This document shows positions 34,673-40,595 of a stretch of DNA of 40,595 nucleotides, piece after piece (the first letter of the stretch is position 1; every line of letters begins with the position of its first letter). The position numbers were made by a program, and so were the translations under genes. The stretch is from positions 1-40,595 of the forward strand of contig NW_021835294.1 in NCBI RefSeq assembly GCF_006345805.1, given 5' to 3'. Source of the DNA: Octopus sinensis (Eukaryota). The notes under the pieces are model-generated. The model saw only the letters and a program-made list of their open reading frames with translations. It was not told where the DNA came from and ran no database searches.

Positions 34673-35428
34673 ATCAGAAAGGGTGGCTCTAATCTGTGCT
34701 CTCCAAGAGCAAGCATTAAGAACGAATTACATCAAATATAGAAGACAACACATCAGAAAGTGATAAGTGCAGAATTTGTGGACAAAATGGTGAAAGCGTA
34801 TATCATATTACCAGCTAATATACGCCACTAGCCCAGAAGGAATATAAGACACGATGACAATATTGCAAGGATTGTCCATTGGACACTTTGCAGCAATTAT
34901 GGACTCGATATAAGAAAAAAAGTTATATGACCATAAACCCAAAGGCATCATCGAAAATTATAATGCAAAGATCCTACGGGATTTTATGATTCAGTGTGAC
35001 CATGAGATGGAGAATAGGAAACCAGAAATAGTGTTAATTAAGAAACCAAGTAAACGATGCTGGCTCATAGATATAGCATGCCCAGCTGACAAGGTATGCG
35101 ATAAAGAAGAAAGAAAAGTCGATAGATATAACAGGTTAGCTTGGGAAGTTAAGCAGTTGTGGTCGCTGAAAAAGGTGGTAGCAGTACCAAAGGTTGTCGG
35201 AGCCCTGGGAACAGTGAGTAAAAATCATGAGAAGTGCATGGAACAAATAAGGACTGCAATAAGGGTGGGCACTTGCAGAAAGCAGTACTGCTTGAAACTG
35301 CTCGAATACTTCGGATTATGCTCGAAAAATATGAAGTGTTACCTTAGTTCACAGGTAGTAAACCTGGCACTGTAGTATATCTCCAGCGTTAGAAGCTATG
35401 CAAAGACAATAAATGATACTAATAAAAA
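34673..35428 (+). mobile_element. R4/Dong-type 3' fragment (zinc knuckle, RLE domain, 3' UTR), frameshifted
   Basis: ALICALQEQALRTNYIK...KCRICGQNGESVYHITS...DNIARIVHWTLC...DFMIQCDHEMENRKPEIVLI...CWLIDIACPAD...VVGALGTVSK. Confidence 0.88.
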
Positions 35429-35633
35429 TAATCCTTTCTACTATATGCACAAGGCCTGAAATTTGGGGCGTGGGGGCCATTCGATTAGATCGATATTAGT
35501 ACGCAACTGGTATTTAATTTATCGACCTCGAAAGGATGAATGGCAAAGTCGACCCCGCCGAAATTTGAACTGAGAACATATTGACGGACGAAATGTTGGT
35601 AAGAATTTTACTTGGCTGCTAACGATTCTACCA
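35429..35633 (-). mobile_element. SINE family C
   Basis: Antisense match to family C. Confidence 0.75.
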
Positions 35634-36014
35634 TTTAAAGTTACCAATTTTGGGACTGGCATGCCGAACGATATATTCATCAGACCTTGACATCAGCATT
35701 CGCTGAATTTCAAATCAAACCAAGATTAACGCTTGACTGGTTACTACAAGGAATGGTACAATAAAATCCCACCAAAGGAACAACAACACAGCCAACACTA
35801 TAGTCCCTACAAAAACTACAGGTTTGCATCTTCTTTGGTAGCGAAATACAAAAGCCCTTTTATATTTACACACGACCACAGACTGGCTACTCAGATGGAA
35901 AGTAATTATGTAACTTATTGCCAGAGGAACAGGAAGGTTGACGGATATGGCAGTATGGTTATGAAGAAAGGCTGAGAGCGAAACGGGATTTATTAATCGC
36001 AGCATAAAGAGAAG

Positions 36015-36040
36015 AAAATTATTATTATTATTATTATTAT

Positions 36041-36078
<38 letters not shown>

Positions 36079-36109
36079 TGATCATCATTATTATTATTAT
36101 TATTATTAC

Positions 36110-36146
<37 letters not shown>

Positions 36147-36202
36147 GGTAACAATAACATCAACAAAAATAATGATAGTAGTGTAGTAGTAGTAGTAGTA
36201 GT

Positions 36203-36233
<31 letters not shown>

Positions 36234-36640
36234 CAGATGGTGACGATGATGATGATGATGACGATGACGGCATACGTACAGCCACAATTATTAGGAAAGA
36301 ACAAGATGGTTACAAAGAACAGAAAGCATGGTACCGCTAGCTGCAGGTAGCAGGTGCGCTACGCGTGCAAAACTCAAGATTTTTAACAAAAACTTGTTTT
36401 AAAAGAATTATAATAATGATCCTTTCTATTAAAGGCACAACGCATGAAATTTTGGGAGTGGGCAGGGGAATAGTCGATGATATCGACGCCAGTGTTTCAC
36501 TGGTACTTAACTTATCGACCCAGAAAGGATGAAAGGCAAAGTCGACCACGGTAGAATTTGAACTCAGAACATAAAGACGGTTGAAATACCGCTAAGCTTT
36601 ATGCCCGGCCTCCTAACGATTCTACCAGCTCACCACCTTC

Positions 36641-36673
<33 letters not shown>

Positions 36674-36836
36674 GTAATAATAATAATAATAATAATGATA
36701 ATAATAATAATGATAATAATAACAACAACAACAACAACAAAATGATAATAATAATAATAATAATAAATAATAATAATAATATAATAATATAATAATAAAA
36801 TAATAACAATAACAATAACAATAATATAATAAAATA

Positions 36837-36872
<36 letters not shown>

Positions 36873-36885
36873 TAATAATAATTCT
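36015..36885. repeat. (ATT)/(AGT)/(AAT)n arrays interrupted by a SINE C copy
   Basis: Direct reading. Confidence 0.9.
36417..36640 (-). mobile_element. SINE family C
   Basis: Antisense match to family C. Confidence 0.8.
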
Positions 36886-37085
36886 TTCTACTAGAGGAAA
36901 TATTTGAAAATAAATGTGCAGGTGATGGTAAATTTATAATGGAAATGTCATATAATAATGTATTCTGGTAGGAAAATAAAGTAGAAAGCGGATGAAAAAA
37001 AAGACAATAAACGAACGCAATATAAACAAGCAAAGTAGCTGGTTAGGAAAGCTGTGTAAGAGATGTAAGTAATAACTATACTGAG

Positions 37086-37641
37086 AAGGTGGCGAGCAGG
37101 CAGAAACGTTAGCACGCCGGGCGAAAAGCTTAGCGAGTTCAAATTCCGCCGAGGTCGACTTTGCCTTTCATCCTTTCGGGGTCGATAACTTAAGTACCAG
37201 TTACGCACTGGTGTCGATGTATTCGACTTAATACCTATGTCTGTCCTTGTTTGTCCCCTCTGTGTTTAGCCCCTTGTGGGTAATAAAGAAATAGGTATTG
37301 CGTCTGCCGTTACGTTCTAAGTTCAAATTCCGCCGAAGTCGACTTTGCCTGTCATCCTTTCGGGGTCGATTAAATAAGTACCAGTTACGCACTGGGATCG
37401 ATATAATTGACTTAATCTGTTTGTCCTTGTTTTCCCCTCTATGTTTAGCCCCTTGTGGTTAGTAAAGAAATAGGTATTGCGTCTGTCTTTACCTTCTGAG
37501 TTCAAATTCTGTCGAGGTCGACTTTGCCTTTCATCCTTTCGGAGTCGATAAATTTAGTACCAGTTGCGTACTGGTGTCGATTTAATCGTGTGACCCCCAT
37601 CCCCAAAATTTCTGGCCTTGGACCTAGAGTAGAAAAGAATA
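37086..37641 (+). mobile_element. SINE family C with internal tandem triplication (~185-bp units)
   Basis: One head, three GTTCAAATTC...GTCGACTTTGCC...AGTACCAGTT units, and one normal tail. Confidence 0.8.
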
Positions 37642-37680
37642 ACTATACTCAGAAGTAATGTTTATCACCATTTCAACATA

Positions 37681-38080
37681 GGCGCAGGAGTGGCTGTGTG
37701 GTAAGTAGCTTGCTAACCAACCACATGGTTCCGGGTTCAGTCCCACTGCGTGGCATCTTGGGCGAGTGTCTTCTGCTATAAGCCCCGGGCCGACCAATGC
37801 CTTGTGAGTGGATTTGGTAGACGGAACTGAAAGAGCCTGTCGTATATATGTATATATGTGTGTGTGTTTGTGTGTCTGTATTTGTCCCCCTAGCATTGCT
37901 TGACAACCGATGCTGGTGTGTTTACGTCCCCGTTACTTAGCGGTTCGGCAAAAAAGAGACCGATAGAATAAGTACTGGGCTTACAAAGAATAAGTCCCGG
38001 GGTCGATTTGCTCGACTAAAGGCGGTGCTCCAGCATGGCCGCAGTCAAATGACTGAAACAAGTAAAAGAGTAAAAGAGAG
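37681..38080 (+). mobile_element. SINE family A, full length
   Basis: Collinear with 1676-2108. Confidence 0.85.
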
Positions 38081-38199
38081 AGTATGGCTCCCCTTGAAAG
38101 ATATATCGGGTGCAAATTGCATTGATAAGCAGCCGGAGGAGGCGTCCTCCAGAGGTTAAAAGCGGAAGTAACGAAACAGCCATGTTGAAGTGGCGTTAA

Positions 38200-39375
38200 A
38201 CTCTACTTTTCTATAAAAACAATTAATCGGATGCCAGAAAAGTTTGGATAGACTAGTAATAATGAAAATACAAGGAAAACCTCTCAATATCAACATTATT
38301 CTGGTATGCACAAGTTTATGTTCCTACATAAGAACACAGCGATAGATCGATGGATCTTACCAATAACTTAAAAACGCAATTAGATAAACCAAAGAGAAAG
38401 AGACTACAGTCAGTGCAATGTCGGCAAGGAAAATTACCATAATGACCCTCCGGAAATAGAAAAAAAAATCTGTTTCTACACACGGTTCAAAACACAATCA
38501 TTCAAACCGAATACAGAACACAAATTAAATACAAGAATTTTATATTAAAAAAGAAATTAAAGAAAATATAGCACTAGTTGAATATGCACCTAAATATCAC
38601 TAAAGACAACACTGTCTGAATGGGAAAAGAAAAACAGAAGGAAATGGACGACTGGGGAAATTCTATTCAAGCTGAAGCAAAAAAAAAAAAATGTAAAAAG
38701 AATAATTACCAATATAGAGATAAAGACTGGAATAGAGAAAACTCTTTCGGAATGTAGAAAAGCTAAATCCAAATAGCCAGAGGAAGAACTTAACAGCTAC
38801 CATAAATCCAAAGAAATTTATGGTAAAATAAGTGAGATCACAAACAGAAAATGCGTGCATAAACGAAGTGGTTCCATAAATGACAAAAAAGGAAAAATAG
38901 TGTTTGATCATGAACAGATTGCATCCATGTGGTCTATATGGATTGAATGCGCAATATTTTATGATGATGAGAGTCTATGCTCAATTTAGAAGCTCCGAAT
39001 TGAAACAAAATCTTACAGGATGAAGTAGAAAAGGCAATAAAGTCACTGAATGATGGCAAGGTAACTGGAGCAGTTGAAATGCTTGCAGGAGCATAAAAAC
39101 ATTAGATAACCACAACCTACATCTAATATGAGACTTGTGGTATATAATATATAAGGTTGGACACACACAAACCAGGATAAAACATTATCTGTTCCATTAT
39201 CAAACGGTAATAGAACCAAGCGCTTGAAACTTAAAAGAGTAGTTCTTTTTTTTTTTTTTTTTTTTTTGAAACAAACCTTAATGGATGATGTGACTAAAGT
39301 ATTGCTAAAACTAATCCAACAAAGAACTGCAGCAGAAGTAAATGGCGAAATAATCAGACGGGAACTATCACAAAG
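38200..39375 (+). mobile_element. Heavily decayed RTE-clade LINE (endonuclease, linker, start of RT)
   Basis: MKIQGKPLNINIIL (cf. RTE FQGKPFNITVIQVYAP). Frame-broken remnants resemble ILQDEVEKAIKSL..GK and LM..VTKVLLKLIQQR. Many stops and frameshifts. Confidence 0.65.
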
Positions 39376-39589
39376 CATTTAATAAAAATACCATTAAAGT
39401 GAGCTACGGCTGCACAAAACTAAGCTACATCCATAGCCAGTATAAAGACATGAAACTTTTCTAGAACACAGAAAACAAATTCAGTTATTCAGACTGTAAT
39501 TTCAAAGAAATTGGTTGTCATACTTAAGTTTAATTGCTCTTATTTGAGTATCTAATATTGTTATATTTAATTAATAATTAAATTAATAC

Positions 39590-40011
39590 TGGATTGATAT
39601 CTGCAAAATGCCAGAGCTCTTTCACTCAGGGCGGTTGCATCTGCACCAAGTCAATGCACCAGACCAGATGTTTTTTCCTGGTAACCAGCTATTTCACTAA
39701 AAGGGGACCCAAAACTGTTCCTTACCCCACCTAGAGTTCAGCCTTTGATTTTGGTTTTTACCCAACATGAATTAGGACTTAAAGGTAGTCGATTTCAAGA
39801 CACTCAGATTATGAGGGATGCTGTGACAAGAACTCTGGACACTTTCATTCATAGGAAGACTTCCTCGGAGCCTTCAGGAAGTGGGCAGAGCGCTACGACA
39901 ACTATATTGAGAACAGAGGATCCTACGTGGGAGGAAATTGAATTCATGAACTACTTTGAAATTAATAAATGCTTCTGAAAAATGTATCAAACCTTCTGAA
40001 ATATACCATGT
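39590..40011 (+). mobile_element. Mariner-type DNA transposon 3' remnant
   Basis: GRLHLHQVNAP...VTSYFTKRGPKTVPYP...DF...LKGSRFQD...DAVTRTLDTF...EDFLGAFRKWAERYDNYIENRGSYVG resembles the mariner transposase C-terminus (QDNAP, HPPYSPDL). Ends in a TIR-like segment and TA. Confidence 0.75.
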
Positions 40012-40371
40012 AATAACGACGACGTAGCATATTTTCGGCGTTTTTACAAAGCTTTCAAATATAGACAAGATCAGGAAGTGATTAGACGTTGGATATTATA
40101 GAATGCGTTGGTTTCGTGTGTAAGAGCGAAGGCGATAAAAAGATAGTTAAATTTTTTTGTGAAGTTTAAAAAAGAACTGAGAATGAAAATACAGAGGAAA
40201 TTTAATGGAAGGAGAAATTATAAATTAAAGGGGAATATCAGGGGAAACGATTGAAAGTTAGAAACAATTCATTATCCAGGCGTATATACAATAAAAGACA
40301 TATATATGTGTGCGTGTAATGTATATATACAATACAGGTCACACACAACACACACAGGTACGCAGATATAG

Positions 40372-40441
<70 letters not shown>

Positions 40442-40552
40442 TGTGTATGTGCGGATGTGTTCAAAGAAAGATCTTTATATTTGAACTTTAATAAGCTGAC
40501 GCTATAGGGACACATCTGCATATAGTCTATAGTGATAGTAACCTGTCAAAAT

Positions 40553-40589
<37 letters not shown>

Positions 40590-40595
40590 TGTGTA

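Noticed and set aside
35715-35900. Type II membrane protein N-terminus on the minus strand (basic stretch plus hydrophobic segment)
   Set aside because: No start codon or convincing splice sites, and the frame ends right after the hydrophobic stretch.
381-40521. Dozens of ORF-track entries rich in YI/HT/CV/I/M/N runs
   Set aside because: They are translations of di-, tri- and tetranucleotide microsatellites, not genes.

Overview
This is AT-rich, microsatellite-saturated eukaryotic intronic or intergenic DNA. The repeat families suggest a cephalopod (Octopus-like) genome, which is inferred from recalled repeat families and not from a database search. No intact protein-coding gene is supported, and most ORF-track entries are translations of microsatellites. 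Mobile elements: (1) a decayed Tx1-clade (L1-like) non-LTR retrotransposon on the minus strand (~8541-12683) with CCHC ORF1 and APE-RT-zinc-finger ORF2; (2) five or six fragments of R4/Dong-type restriction-like-endonuclease retrotransposons, nearly all in (TAA)n tracts; (3) a non-coding 549-bp retroposon in the same (TAA)n tracts; (4) several tRNA-derived SINE families, including a chimera and a trimer; (5) RTE, mariner and Helitron-like remnants. The best leads are two minimal hammerhead ribozyme motifs in related non-coding elements, and three degenerate monomers with covarying hairpins in the Tx1 5' UTR. Also notable: four fold-back hairpins, a SINE-tail inverted pair, a near-identical inverted ~660-bp duplication, a candidate degraded LRR gene and a compact promoter-like motif cluster.
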